Source: the human T2T-CHM13v2.0 reference genome, Homo sapiens. Taken from it: a stretch of 64,000 nt of DNA. Both the position numbers and the translations under genes were made by a program. Shown here piece by piece: positions 35,270 to 50,203 of the stretch (positions are counted from its first letter, which is position 1; each line of letters starts with the position of its first letter). The notes under the pieces were generated by a model. It ran no database searches. It was not told the DNA's origin and saw only the letters and a list, made by a program, of their open reading frames with translations. The stretch is from NCBI RefSeq assembly GCF_009914755.1, contig NC_060937.1; one strand, written 5' to 3'.

Positions 35270-35500
35270 GTTTCTAGTGTGGAGAAAGCATAGGACAAGA
35301 AATCAGGAGATCTGGCTTCCAGTGACAACATCAAGATTGGTTGAGGATCTTAGGCAGCTCACTTAACATCACTGTATTCTAATTTCCTAATCTACCAAAC
35401 AGGGATAATGTCTACCTTACTCTCCTCACATGGTGGTGGTGAGGATACCATGAGATGACAGATACAGTATGCTTTGCAAAGTTGAAAGGGAAATACAAAT
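35270..35500 (+). mobile_element. MIR
   Basis: aatcaggagatctgg, cttaggcagctcacttaac, gggataatgtctacct. Confidence 0.6.
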
Positions 35501-36228
35501 AGACGTATTATGAATAATGACATCATCAACCCTTAATTATGGCTACTTTGGGGGAAGATGAAAGACATGGATAAATTAAGTCATTAGTTATTAGTAGAAC
35601 TTTCTACTTATTTTTTATCTCTTTCCTCATTAAATCTTTAATAACACAAGTGTCAGGATGGATTGAGTTTAAAGTTTTCATCCTTTAATTTGATAAGTGT
35701 ATGTTTTGTTGATTGTGTATTTTGTGCTCAGTACCTATGGGAGGAGTGAAAATTAACAATGAATGGCTCCAATACAGTAATTAAACTTAGAGGAGGGAGG
35801 AAGTGAGAAGCCTAGAAAATTTAAAAGAAAAAACTAAACAAAACCCCAAAAAGCCCACTTTATTATCAATCTCACTATCAAAACCTATTTCTTTAAAGCT
35901 GGTTAAAATAGTTTCTATTTAGAATCGAAATCAAAGTTAACCTCCTTGGCAGCACCACAAACTCAGATATACTTACTCTTTTCTATATCAGAGGCAACAC
36001 TGTTTTTCTCTGTTTCTTTCCCTTTCCTTTTTCTGAGCATACAGAAAGACTGCATTTCCCAGTGTTCCTTACAGTTAGGTAGGGACATGTGACTAAGCCT
36101 GGATAATGAGCTTAAACCTGAGGGACCTGAGTCACTTCCGGGCCAGAGGATAAAAGAAAGATGTAAGTTTTTTTCTCTCGCCCTGCTCTGCTTATCACAG
36201 AAGCTCCGTATCAAGATGACAGAGCTCA

Positions 36229-36527
36229 GCCTGGTACTGGTACAAAAACAGACTCATAGACCAATGGAACAGAATAGAGAACCCAGAAATAAGGTTACGC
36301 ACCTACAAGTATCTGATCTTCAATGAGTCTGACAAAAACAGGTGATGGGGAAAATACTCCCTTTTCAATAAATGGTGCTGGGAGAACGGGCTAGCCACAT
36401 GCAGAAGATTGAAACTGGACCCCTTCCTTACACCATATATAAACATTAACTCAAGATGGATTAAAGACAGTAAAATTCAAAATTATTAAAACCCTGGAAG
36501 ACAATCTAGTCAATACTATTCAAGACA
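36229..36527 (+). mobile_element. L1PA ORF2 fragment
   Basis: tggtactggtacaaaaacagac..atagaccaatggaacagaatagag...ttcaataaatggtgctgggagaac. Confidence 0.9.
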
Positions 36528-36694
36528 TTTTCAAGGAGGCACATTTATCTAAACAAAAGATAAGAAAAGTGGAATGAAAGGACATATGTTTAAATATAAT
36601 CAAAAGTTGCTATCAATAGAGAGGGAAAATAATGGGAAGGGGATGAAGGGAGAAAATAATAATAAATAATAAAATGATAAAATGAAATAAAACT

Positions 36695-37635
36695 GCTGAG
36701 TTTTTATGCCCTTACAAAATGCACGTCCTTCCTGGAACCTCAGAATGTGACATCATCGCCATACCTCAGTATCCAAGGGGGATTGGTTCCAGGACTCCCT
36801 TGGATACCAAAATCCATGGATGCTCAAGTCCCTTATCTAAAATAATGCATCATTTGCATATAACCTGCACACATCCTCCCACATACTTTAAATCAACTCT
36901 AGATTACTTATAATACAAAATACAATGTAAATGCTATGTAAGTAGTTGTTATACTACATTTTTACTTGTAGTATTTTTTATTATATTGTTATTTTTTGCT
37001 GATTTTGTTTTTTTCAAATACAGTATTTCAGCCTGCAGTTGGTTGAACTTGCAGATGCAGAACCCCCAGATATGGAGCCTGACTGTATTTGGACATAGTG
37101 TTATTACAGATGCAGTTAGTTAAGATGAGGCCATCCTGGAGTAGGGAGGGCCCTTAACCCAGTATGCCCAGTGTTCTTATAAGAAAAAGAGAGGGGATAT
37201 AGAGACAGCCACACACAGGGAGGATGATAAAGATGCAGGGAGAACAACACGTGACAACATGGAATGGTCTTGTAGAGTGACCACTCCATTTGAGTCAAGC
37301 AATGAGTTAGGTACTATGGATCAAATAACAACACCCTATTCATTCCCTCAAAGAGTTTATAATATAGTGGTGGAAAAGGATAAACAGCTAGGCAGTTACA
37401 TTGTAGTGTGATATATAAAAGCTCTAGTATAATAATCCTGGACAAGACAAGGCATGCCCAGGATTGCTAGCAACTGCCAGAAACTAGGAGAAGGCGGAGA
37501 AAAAACTTCACCTAGAGTCTTCAGAGAGAGTTTTGCCCTGCTGACACCTGACTATCCAGTTTCCAGCCTCTAGAATATATTCACTATATATATTTTCATT
37601 ATTTAAGCCACTCAATTTGTGGTATTTGTTATGGC
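36695..37635 (+). mobile_element. MLT1 LTR with a nested MER2-like Tigger element (about 36762-37087)
   Basis: ggaacctcagaatgtga...; cctcagtatccaagggggattggttccaggac...cagatgcagaaccc..gatatggag..tgactgta; end gttatggcagccctggaagact. Confidence 0.75.
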
Positions 37636-37769
37636 AGCCCTGGAAGACTCATCCTAAACCAAAAAGATCTTGTTTAAATTCATGGTCATGAGCTGATGAA
37701 TATGTGCCTTAGTTCCTAGAATAAATGAAGAAAGGGTAATGGAATTCTTTTTTATTTTGAAAACGGGAG

Positions 37770-38122
37770 ATGTCTTAGTTCAGGCTGCTCTAACAAAGTA
37801 CCATTGACTAGGTGGCTTAAACCACAACCATTTATTTCTCACAGTTCTGGAGGCTGGGAGTTGAAGATAAGGATACCAGCTGGGTACGATCCATGCCCAG
37901 TTTTCCATGCAGACTGCTGACTTTCTTATATATCCTCGCACTGTGAAAAGAAGGTGAGCTAGCTCATTGGCCTTTCCTTATGAGGGCACTAATCCCATTC
38001 GGGAGGGCTCCATCCTCATGACCTAATTACCCTCCAAAAACCCCTCCTTCAAAAACCATCACACTGGGCATTAGATTTCAATATATGAATTTGGGGGGAC
38101 TAACACAGTCAGTCCATAACAA
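37770..38122 (-). mobile_element. MLT1A/MST-like solo LTR
   Basis: tgtcttagttcaggctgct.taacaaagtaccat...cagtccataaca. Confidence 0.85.
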
Positions 38123-38739
38123 GGGATGATCTTCACACCCATAGGAGAAGCCTTGTAAGACTTGTACTGTATAGCATTGTTCTTTGCAAATTACATTATG
38201 CAGGCTATGGCTTGATTTATGCTACCTCTGTGGTTGTGTTGGGGCAGCTGTCATAGAAGAGGACTCCTCCTGTATTTATGCTGAACTTGCTCAGAGTATG
38301 AGTAGAAAAAATATTTAGACAAGCTTGTGTCAATCATTTCTATAAGAGGTTCTTAGGTCCTTATCAATAACATATCAATAACATATAGCAAGAATGTATA
38401 TTTTAAATTAGGATGTGGAACAAAAACACTGCAACTGGTCCCAAAACATCAGTTAACTGTTGGCACCTAAGGAAAGGTAAGTGAACATCTCAGATTATTC
38501 CCTTACATCTGATTTATTCCTAAAAAGAACGGGAACAAATGGCCCCAGGGCAGATGGTCTGAGCATCTTCTTTAAAGTGAGTATTAATTTGAATTAGGAA
38601 GCAGAGGGTGCCACTCCATGGCTGAGTTGCCTGTACCTGTTAATACCTGCAGCGGCCCTCTCTGACCTGCTTACAACCCCTCGCACAGCCTTTCAGATCC
38701 AAGGCCTTAACATTAGAAAGAACTTTAAGACACTCTCTA

Positions 38740-39250
38740 GAATAGCTGTTCTCAACTTAGATGCTCCTAAGACTCACCTGGGTGACGGCTAAACTGCTGA
38801 TTCCCCAGGCTCATTTCCTACCCTCACCCCCAGAGATTCTCATTCAGGAGCTAAGTTGGGGCCCAAAATATTTGTAATTTTTAAATTAAAATCAGGTGAT
38901 TCTCATGTAGGTTCTCTAACAATACTTCAAGAAAGAGTTATCCAGACTCTGCAACTCTACAGTACCTACAATTCATGCCCAGTGTCTTGTTAAAATGCAG
39001 GTTTTGATTCTCTGTAGGTCTAGGGTGGGACTTGAGTTCTAGCATGTCTAAGGGGTTACCAGGTGATGCGGACGCCCGTGGTCCACTCACAACACTTCAG
39101 GTGGGAAGCTTTTAAAATCCAGGTGCCCCCATGGCACTGCAGACCAGTTGATTCAGAAACCATGGGAGTGGCACCCAGCATCAGTATTAGTGTAAACTTC
39201 CACAAGTGACTCTAATCCATAGCTCAGCATGAGGCCTCCAGCGCCAGTGG
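38740..39250. mobile_element. Cluster of MER5-like hAT MITE fragments
   Basis: gttctcaact..., ccccagagattct.attcag, gtaggtctagggtggg, caggtgat motifs, repeated. Confidence 0.65.
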
Positions 39251-39706
39251 CCACTTTCAGGTGGCGATGGTAACTTCTAACTCACGGACTCCCTCTAGGC
39301 ACAGATAAGCAGTAACTAATATCTCAAAAGAAGAGATGACTGACTTCAAAGAAGTGAAATTTAAGGAAAATAAAGCCTGGGTATGACTATGATATTTTCA
39401 GTTTAACAAAATCATTGTTGCAATTGTTTACTTTTATCTGCCTCCAAGGACACTTAAATTACCCTTAAATGTATTATTTCCCACTAATTAAAAACTATTG
39501 TGGGTAGGCCTTATTATGTTTTTGTCATTGTGAATCAGAATTTATTCTGATATATTTTTCCTTTGAGTCTGGATTTACTCTTGGTTTCTACACTGCTGGG
39601 TAGTGGTTCAGTGACATAGCTGGACAGTCCTCTGTGTCCTGTAGGTTAATGATGATTAGAGTGTGAAGAACATTCACCTGGACACTCACACACGCAGCAC
39701 AATTAC

Positions 39707-39840
39707 CCTCCAATTTCCTTCAAATTTCTCCAACCGAGTGCTGCTGTATGGTCAGGAATGACCTCACATATTCTGAGTATTTGCTCTGTCCCAACCTGAA
39801 ATCCAGGTTCCAAATCTTTTTGGAATCCTTTTACCAAATG
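39707..39840 (-). pseudogene. 134-nt exon (IW*KDSKKIWNLDFRLGQSKYSEYVRSFLTIQQHSVGEI*RKLE)
   Basis: ttccttgttaatcaag|C...G|gtaatt. Phase 2-1. The intron to the upstream exon is only 56 nt, which is unusually short. Confidence 0.6.
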
Positions 39841-39896
39841 CTTGATTAACAAGGAAATAATTTATGTTATTAAATTCTGATTTCTATAGCCCTCAC

Positions 39897-39968
39897 CTGC
39901 TTTTGTGGCAGCTTCAAAGAAGGATTCTTCTGAGACATTTGCTTACAGGAACCAAACTTCTTCTATTC
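39897..39968 (-). pseudogene. 72-nt exon (NRRSLVPVSKCLRRILL*SCHKS)
   Basis: aatcag|G...AG|gtgagg. Phase 2-2. Confidence 0.65.
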
Positions 39969-40300
39969 CTGATTATTAAAGGGGATAAAATATATGAACA
40001 GTACTTTGGAAACTGTATTGTGCTTGGTTCTCTTACTGTTGACAGTAGTAGTATTTAGGAGAAGTCTTCTGAGATAATCAGGAGTAGCATTTGGTCAGAT
40101 AAACAAAACACTTAACTGAAACAAGGAATCATTTAAAAATGATGAAAACTATCAAAATTTTATACTTCAATGTAAAATAGTTGTAGGCAGAGCTGACATT
40201 TGGCCAGCATGCACTGACATGGCTATATAATTACTTAAATTTGAGCATCTTTTCTGATGGGGCAGACATTTGTTCTGCTTGGTCAATGTCAAAACCTTAC

Positions 40301-40469
40301 CAGTTAATAGAGTATTTGGATATAATCCCACTATATTCATCAATCTCTTGACATAGGATCAAGGTCCTTTTTTTCAGAATGGATCTTCTGGTAGCAATTC
40401 TGAATCTTTCTTCTGTAAACCATAGCCATAATATATTATCCTTAATTTCCAGTGTCAGTTTTTTTATTG
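40301..40469 (-). pseudogene. 169-nt exon (IKKLTLEIKDNILWLWFTEERFRIATRRSILKKRTLILCQEIDEYSGIISKYSINW)
   Basis: Fully open frame, donor TG|gtaagg, phase 1-2. Confidence 0.72.
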
Positions 40470-40552
40470 CTCAGTGAGAATTAAAAATAACTTACTATAC
40501 ATAATGAAGACTTCCACACGTTTATGATTCCCCCATTATATATATATCTAAA

Positions 40553-40850
40553 TTTTTTTTTTTCTTTTGAGACAAAGTCTCGCTCTGTCACCCAGACTGG
40601 AGTACACTGGAGCCATCTCAGCTCACTGCAACCTCTGCCTCCTTGGTTCAAGTAATTCTTGGGCCTCAGCCTCCTGAGCAGCTGAGAGTACAGGCGCCCG
40701 CCACCACATCCGGCTAATTTTTTGTGTTTTTGGCAGAGACGGGGTTTCACCATGTTGGCCAGGCTGGTCTCGAACCCTGACCTCAGGTGATCCACCCACC
40801 TCAGCCTCCCAAAGTGCTAAGATTACAGGCATGAGCCACCGTGCCCATCC
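40553..40850 (-). mobile_element. Alu (AluSx-like)
   Basis: Reverse Alu consensus. Confidence 0.95.
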
Positions 40851-41159
40851 CCACTTAACCTTTTAGAGTATTTCACCTACACCTCATTTAATGGCAATTT
40901 TTAAATCTCACTGAAATGAGTCTTGATAAGCATTCAATCTAATTGTGATAGAATCAACAACAGCATACTCATATTTACATTCTATGGGCTTATGTAATAT
41001 CTAATTGAATTATGTAATTATAAGAACTAGCACAACTGTCATGAAATATATGGAAACGAACACAACTGATCCTGATAAGCATAATTCAAGTGGTGGGAGC
41101 GGAAGTTTGCCGGCATTTATACTAGAATTTAACCTGCTAGCCCTAAGGGCTTAATCTAC

Positions 41160-41443
41160 CTGGGACACTTTTTTATCAAGTAGAAATACATGAAAATGCC
41201 GGTTATTCTAGCATTTCTTGACCCACAAAACCAGCAATCTAATATGATTCAACCAGTATGTTTTACAGGGTGATGACAAGCTGGTCTGGTGAGTTAGTTC
41301 AGTGCAGGTCAGCTAAGGCTGCTCCTATTATAATATTCGAAGAACAGAGCTGTTTTTCAACATTGGGCTTCCTCTTTAAGTGTTTTGAACTGCACTTATT
41401 AATGGTGCTTATTCTTCTGCCAAGCGTTTCACAAAAAATTTTC
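41160..41443 (-). pseudogene. 284-nt exon (KIFCETLGRRISTINKCSSKHLKRK...KSVP)
   Basis: ttacag|G...CCA G|gtagat. Length 1+94x3+1, phase 2-1, several stops in the 3' half. Confidence 0.62.
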
Positions 41444-42681
41444 CTGTAACCTCAAAAAAAAAGTCCCCTCAACCTCACCAAAAATGCTATGGTTGAATAA
41501 GTTTGGGAAACACTAGAAACCATAGCCATCTAGGAGATTCATAATGATCATTAGCATGTTAAAGGCTCTGAGAAGTCCTGTAGCAAAGGCCTTTGTTTAA
41601 CTTTGTTTACCTTAGGGTTTCATAATTTATTTCACAAAAGTAGGCCGTTTCATGTAACATCTAATCCTGAAGAGCTAATGTTTAATGAAACAACCACACT
41701 TTGGTAAACACTACTCAACCAGCATTAAGGAAAGTATTATTCAGACTTTGTAGTAGATTAAACAAATATCATCTTAATATCTGTTAGAAACAGCATAATT
41801 TGTGCAGGTGTCCCAAAGCACTATACAAATTTCATTTAGTGGTAATGTTCCCCCCTTGTACAAATAGAAAAACAAAGGTATAAAGAGGCATTAGGTTGCT
41901 TGCCAGAATACACACAAGACTGAGACAAACTGGAACCAAGGCCCACATATCCTAACAACGATTTCTAATCTGTGTTTACAAACAGAACCAAATTGCAAAT
42001 TGTAGCCACTGGCCACTTCTAACTATTGAAGAGCTAAGGTAAAAAGTATACTCCTTGAGCTAGAAATAGCGAATAAGATTGGGGAACTCTAGGAGAAGGT
42101 AACATTGACCTATCTATTTGATTGCTGGTGACTTTCATCAATTATTGAGAGCAGGGACTCTGTAAAATTTCCAACAGCTACAGGGATTCAGGGATCAACT
42201 GTCTTAGCTCAAAAGCTTCTTGCAAAAAAAACACGACATGAATATATGGCTCTCTGTTGGAGAGATTCCGACCTTGAGAGAATGAATCTCAGTCATTTAT
42301 AAGGTTAAATAGATTTATGTGTTCTGAAGCTTGTTAGAGTAATGGGTGTTTCCCAGCATTTTAGAATTGCATGCTACGTGACATGCTAATAACTTTTAGA
42401 GCATGCCTGCCCATTCTCTCTGCCGGGGTGGGGGGTGTGGAGCGGTGATGTGAGACTTAAGAATCAGATTTATAGACATCTTTGCTCCATAAGTGTTATC
42501 TTTGAATACGCTCCCACACCGCAGGGCCTCATTGCCTGTGTCACAAACAGTATCTGTTATTTCAGAACACTGCAATGCTTACCTCAAGGCCAAGCGAGAG
42601 TTGTCAAATAAAGATGAAGAGCCTTTTGGCCAAAAAAAAAAAAAAAAAAAAAGTGCTCTTAAAATGTTTACCTTCTCATAC

Positions 42682-43090
42682 CTAATGGTTTTAGATCATA
42701 TCTTATTAGCCTAGGAGACCATTACATAAAGTACAATTAAGATCTCCTTGACATTTTCTAGGAGTTCCAATTCAGCTTTGCTAATAGCTATAACTTCATT
42801 ACTTTCTTTTTTTAAAAAATTAATGCCACACATTGTTGGAAATACAGTTTACAATAATGTGGACTACCCAGGGTGCACTTGCAATAATTACACAGAATGT
42901 CAACAGCCTCTCAAGCTGGGTCCTGCGTTGATTGCTTTTGTGACATTCTCATTTGGGTAACTTGCTGGAATTACTCTTCTACCTGCAGACTCCTTCTTCT
43001 CCAAGGCTGTGCAGAAAGTGTTCTCAAAACTTTTGGTTTGATCCCTTCTATTGAGTTTTATAGTACCCAGATTATAGGAAGAAATTTGAG
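42682..43090 (-). pseudogene. 409-nt exon (QISSYNLGTIKLNRRDQ...NEVIAISKAELELLENVKEILIVLYVM...KTIR)
   Basis: ttctattcttatgcctag|CT...AG|gtatga. Length 2+135x3+2, phase 1-2, with stops. Confidence 0.62.
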
Positions 43091-43148
43091 CTAGGCATAA
43101 GAATAGAATAATTGTTCCCATAGCTAGTATCCCACCCAGTCAGCAAGT

Positions 43149-43443
43149 TTTATTTTTTGTTTTGGTTTGTTTTTTTTTTTGAGACAGAGGCTCACTCCAT
43201 CACCCAGGCTGGAGTGCAGCTTCGTGATCCTGGTTTACTGCAACCTCCGCCTTCCCAGTTCAAACTATTCTCATGCCTCAGTCTCCCAAGTAGCTGGAAT
43301 TACAGGCACATGCCACCATGACTGGCTAATTTGTTGTATTTTTAGTAGAGATGGGGTTTCACCATGTTGACCAGGCTGGTCTCGAACTCCTGACCTCAAG
43401 TGATCCATCTGCCTTGGCCTCCCAAAGTGCTGGGATTACAGGC
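43149..43443 (-). mobile_element. Alu (AluS-like)
   Basis: Reverse Alu consensus. Confidence 0.93.
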
Positions 43444-44752
43444 GGCAACTTTTGTTCAAGAAACATCCATTGAGCGTCTGCTATATGCAGACCTGTTCCA
43501 GGCACTAAAGACACCAAGCCGAATAAGGCTCTCTCTTGCTGTCGTTTGCATGTGTTGAAGTAGGAGGGTTCAGAAACATCTTTCCACACGTGGAAGGATT
43601 TCTGCATAGAAAAGACGTCCCATAAGAGTTAAAACTTGAACCATAAAGTTCTATGCCACACCCTTTTTCCTTCACATCTTTTCATCTGTGGCCTCATGCT
43701 ATCCAGACCTCCCATTGTCAATAGGCTCAATGTGGTTCACTATTTGGCAAATAAGCAATAGCTAATATTTATGGAGTTTCCTCTCTCTACCAGCTCTGTT
43801 ATAGCATTTTATATGCCAATTCATTTGATGCTCATGATAAATCTATATGGCAGATATTATTATTATCTCCATTTTTAGATGTGAGGAAACTGAGGCACAG
43901 AGAGATTAAATGTCACGCACCTAATGAGTAGAGAATCTGAAGTCTGAACCTTGATTATTTGCAGTCAAAGACCCTGCCACTGCTCTGCCATTAGGAGAGA
44001 AATCCCGACAAGGAATCGTGATGGTAAATTAAACAACATAGTCCCCAGAATGCGATTAATGCATGTCATAAAACCAGGATAGCTGAAAATAAACAGGGCC
44101 TGGACAGAAATAGAATAAAGACTTTTCTCTAAGCTACGCCTGCTTGAGTACTTACGGCACCAGTTCCTCTGAATTGAGGAATAGGGGCTAAAACAAGAAC
44201 AGCCCTGTTTGTGATCTGCAAATTGTTTTAAACATACTAACGCTTAGGTTAGCTGCTTAGTGTAGCTATGTTGATACCATAGGAATGGGGCATTCAGTTG
44301 AACTAACTGATTTTGTTCTATTTATAAAGTCCTGAAATAAAGGGATGTTTTTCCAGTATTATGAAGGTAGAAGCCTGAGCAGGTAAGGTGTGCCCCACCT
44401 AACATCTGCTGCCAGGGCTCTGCTGTGTGAAGTGGGCAGATGAGGAAAGTCACACGTCTTACAGAATCCAATTAAATGAGACTCCTCCATTTTATATGTA
44501 TGACATATTATTTTGATAATAAATTAAAAGCAGGAAGCCAAAAGAGGGTTCAAATTACATTATGCTCCCAGCATACTAAGGGAGGATCCACCTTTGGGAA
44601 TGCCTCAAGCAGTTATTTCTGAGACACTCATTATATTTCCGGCAATTTGGAATCTGGAAAGAAGGAGTCAATAAGCAAACAGGTTAACTGCTAGACCTAG
44701 GTTAGCACTAGATCTCAAAAAGTGCTAAACCAGACATGGGGAAGTGTTATAC

Positions 44753-45417
44753 CATTGATCACAGAGATGCCCTTCCTGTTACTCAAGAAGCACAGTCATT
44801 CTCAAAGCCAGGATTGCTGGGGTGAGGTTTTTCTCTTTACAGTATCGATCATATTTTTCACTTGCTTGACTGGTTAAAGAACAGGCTTGGTCCTGTCACT
44901 AGATGTCTTCAGGGTTAAATGGAAAAGAATTGTAAAACGGTTGTGCTTATTTGAACGGGTTTCTATTTCATTTGTATTGTCTGTGAATAAAATTTATCGT
45001 ATGACATTTATGTTCCTTTCAAGCTACTTAATTATCTTTTTTTTTTTTTTTCTGACTGCAAGTCCATTTGAGACTGGCTGAAATAAGCTCTGACTTTTAT
45101 TTCTGATTTTCTTGACCACTGAATTAGTTTTGGTCCTGCTTTCAATATTGTCATGCTGCAAGTTATTGGTTATAAAACTTTTGCATATTGCTATAATTGT
45201 GTTGACTAAACAGCTTAGGAATGCTCTATTAATATATTTGAAAGAGTATGGTATACAGAGAGCAGATGAAATACATTTGAGATGTTTATTTTTTGCCATA
45301 TATTTATATAAGAGGCTTTTTTCTATGTTTCATTATACTACCTATAGCTGGCTCTACAATCTTAAAGCTATGCTGAACACTGAGCTTATAAAGTTTTAGT
45401 GCAACCTCCTAAACTTT
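44753..45417 (-). pseudogene. Large degenerate exon (contains track ORF MAKNKHLKCISSALC...)
   Basis: Acceptor tttacag| at 45417. Candidate donor G|gtataa (phase 1, fits the next exon). Contains stops, a frameshift and an internal A-run. Confidence 0.5.
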
Positions 45418-45869
45418 CTGTAAATTAATAGTATGTGGATATATTTGTGGTATTAAAAAGAATGAAAATGTGGGGTCTTATGGATGAAAAAAAATACTGT
45501 CCTCAAGTATTCATTCAGATGAGAGGGATTAACTCAGACTAAGTTGTTACCTTTTACCCTTGAGTAAACTATAGAGTATGAAGGACAAATAAACAGACAA
45601 AATAATGATAAGAAAATATGTCACAGCATAAATAAGATGTGCTATAATAGTGTTCATGGTAAGAGTATGACAAAAAATAGGTACAAGTTTCTCAAAAGAA
45701 ACAGATTGTATGTCAAAAGTTAGACATTTGTTGTTTGTCAAAACTTGTTGACCTGTACAATTAAGAGCTGTGCATTTTACTATATGCCAAGTATTTTTCA
45801 AAAAATGTATGCATGATTTAGAAACTTGTGAAATGGTGGCTAGAAGCACATTGGTGAGCATTTTAGTGA

Positions 45870-47060
45870 CACTTTAAAATTTTTATTTATTTAAAGTAAT
45901 ATCTAGTAAAATGGACTATTGGATGCACAGTTGTTTGACTCTTAACACATGGTCAGATGTATCACTCCCCTAAAACTTCCTCATGCTATCCATCCCTTGT
46001 CACACTTCCCCCATACCTTTAATCCTTGTAAATCATAAATCTCTTCTCTGTTTACATAGTTTTGTCTTTTGGAAAATATTATATAAATGAAATCACACCA
46101 TACGTAACCTTTTGAGACTCATTTCTTTCACCCAGCATAAGATTAAGGCATGCTTCTCTGTGTTTCTATAATTTATTCCTTTTCTAAACTTTTAAGTTCA
46201 GGGGTACAAGTGTACTTTTGTTACATGGGTAAACTTGTGTCATGGGGGTTTGTTGTATAGATTATTTCATCACCCAGGTATTGAGTCTAGTACCTATTAG
46301 TAGTTTTTCTTCCTCTCCCTTTCCCCACCCTCTACCCATCAAAAGGCCCCCCCACCCCCGGTGTGTTTTATTCCCCTCTATGTGCCCATGTGTTCTCATT
46401 GTTCAGCTCCCACTTATAAGTAAGAGCATGCAATATTTGGTTTTCTCTTCCTGTGTTAGTTTGCTAAGGATAATGGCCTCCGGCTCCATCTATGTCCCTG
46501 CAAAGGACACGATCTCATTCTTTTTTATGGCTGCATAGTGTTCCATGGTGTATATGTACCACATTTTCTGTATCCAGTCTATCAGTGATGGGCATTTAGG
46601 TTGATTCCATGCCTCTGCTGTTGTGAATAGTGCATGTTCCTTTATATTGCCATGTAGTAGACCATTGTATAGATGTACAATTCATTTATCTATTCAGTCA
46701 TTTAAGGACATTTCAATTTTTTATAGTTTGGGGCAAGTGTGAATAGAGAAACTACTCTCATTAGTTTACAGATATTTGTGTGACCATGAGATCTTTATTT
46801 CTTTAGGTTAAATACCTGGGAGTGAGATTGCTGTGTCATATGTAAGTGCATGTTTAACTTTATAAGAAACTTCAAACTGTTTTCCAGAGTGGCTGTGCCA
46901 TTTTGCATTCCCACTAGTTCAGTTGCTCTTTATCCTTGCCAGCATTTGATATTATCAGGGTTTTAAAAAAGTTATTTTAGTCATTCTAATAGATATGTAG
47001 AGGTAGCTCATGATGCTTCAATTAGTGTTTCTCTAATGATAATGATGTTGAACATTATAA
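45870..47060 (-). mobile_element. Old L1M 3' region with a younger L1PA/PB 3' end nested at about 46180-46632
   Basis: ttttaagttcaggggtaca...gctcccacttataagt.agagcatg...ttttttatggctgcatagt; flanks are reverse L1M 3' sequence. Confidence 0.8.
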
Positions 47061-47333
47061 AGAATTCTGAAGGTTAGCATTCTCACATGGTAACAAGTTA
47101 GCCTAGCACAGTTTCATAAATGCTGACAAAAGACATGAGACTCCTGGGTCAGAGATGAAGGAAGGTGATTATGCACAATAGTACCAGTAGCTAGAATCAC
47201 CGCATTTGTCTCGGTTCTCTAAGCCTCATTTCTACAGGGTGCCATGAAGAGGGCCAGGTGACACCTGTGTATGCAGTTGATTGAATTATAAAAGAGGAAC
47301 ACTGAACTTAGAGAACTCAAATATTTATAATGA

Positions 47334-47782
<449 letters not shown>

Positions 47783-48105
47783 AAGATTCTTGTTCTCATG
47801 GGAAAAGATTATAATATAAAAGAAGAACTGGGGAGGAGAGGTCCTGGAGACAGTTTGCCAATAGGATGTTGTTAAAACAACCAAGTGTGAAGTGATGCAG
47901 AGTGGCCAGGGTTAGGGCAGTCAAGACGGCAAAGACCAGATGTGTGTGACATGGAGGCATTGAAACAGAGAAACAGGATTCACGACATTAACTAAAGAGG
48001 AGAGAAAAGAAAGCACCATTCCCAAGCTGCAAGTTTGTTTTAAATACAGTTTTATTTATAAAGTTATTTTAAATTTTATTTTTTAATTAAGTTTTTTTCA
48101 TTTGA

Positions 48106-48405
48106 TTTTTTTTTTTTTTTTTTGAGACTGAGTTTTACTTTTGTCACCCAGGCTGGAGTGGAGTGGCGTGATCTCTGCTCACTGCAAACTCTGCCTCCCA
48201 AGTTCAAGTGATTCTCGTGCCTCAGCCTCCCTAGCAGCTAGGATTACAGCATGAGCCACTATATCCAACTAATTTTTGTATTTTAGTAGAGATGGGGTTT
48301 CACCATGTTAGCCAGGATTGTCTCGAACTCCTGACTTTAGGTGATCCACTTGCCTGGGTCTTCCAAATTGCTGGGATTATAGGTGTGAGCCACCACACCT
48401 GGCCT
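48106..48405 (-). mobile_element. Alu (AluS-like)
   Basis: Reverse Alu consensus. Confidence 0.92.
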
Positions 48406-49007
48406 AAATTTTTATTTTTAAATAAAATAATTTTTACAAAATAAAGGTTTTTCAGTCATGCTATGCATTCCAAATTGGTACTAAATAAAGTCATAAAAAT
48501 TTGATATTAGCTGTGTATTCAAACCAAAGGTATTTTGCAGTTCTATCTCAAATGTTAAACTGTTCAATCTGTGACTTTGAAGAAATCACTTCTTTTTTTC
48601 AGTTGTATTTCCACATGCAAAATTGAGGCAAAAATGTGTGTTTCTATTCCTTTCACAGGACGACTGTAGTTCATTCAGGTAAGGGCAGCAAACTTTTAGT
48701 GCTAAGTGAAAGTTTCTCTTTTGGCATTATGAGAATCTTTAAAATGAGAAGTATTTTCTTTTTGTAAAAATGTAAATGTTTCCAGCTGGAATTAATTCTC
48801 AAAAGTACAGCACATGGTGCTGGGGCATTGGCTCCAAAAATCTGGTGGAAAAAGGAGTGAGTTTATGAAGGATGGGAAGAAACCTTCTTCTCTTTAAAAA
48901 CAGTGGTAATGACAATGCTTTTTCCCTTGAAAAATGAAAACATTGTTTTACATGATTCTCAAAGCAATATTCTGCTTAGCTACGGGTTTTTGTTCATCTC
49001 ATTTTAG

Positions 49008-49800
<793 letters not shown>

Positions 49801-50203
49801 GGGCCCATCTTACCCTTCTGTTCCAACGAGTTTAAAGAACCAGGATCCCCGAGAAATCTTGTCAGCTTGGCTAACCTCTATTTGAGAATAATTTTCCAGG
49901 GGAGGGATCATCACACTGCTTCTTTGCATAGAATGTCACGCTAGAAAACAATTCTTCTCATGACTGCAAGTCTGTTTAAATTCTTACTTTGGGCCAGGTA
50001 CTTTGCATTGTTTGTTACCTTATTTCACCCTCCCAAACACTCAGCAAGACAGATATTATTTTTCTCCTTCTGTAGAGGAGAAAATGGAGACTCAGAGAGG
50101 TAAAGCATTCTTGCCAAGCTGCTAAGTGTTCTTGCTAAAATATGAGCATGGATCCACCTGGTTCCAGAGCCTACATTCCTTCCGCCATACCATATTGTCT
50201 CAC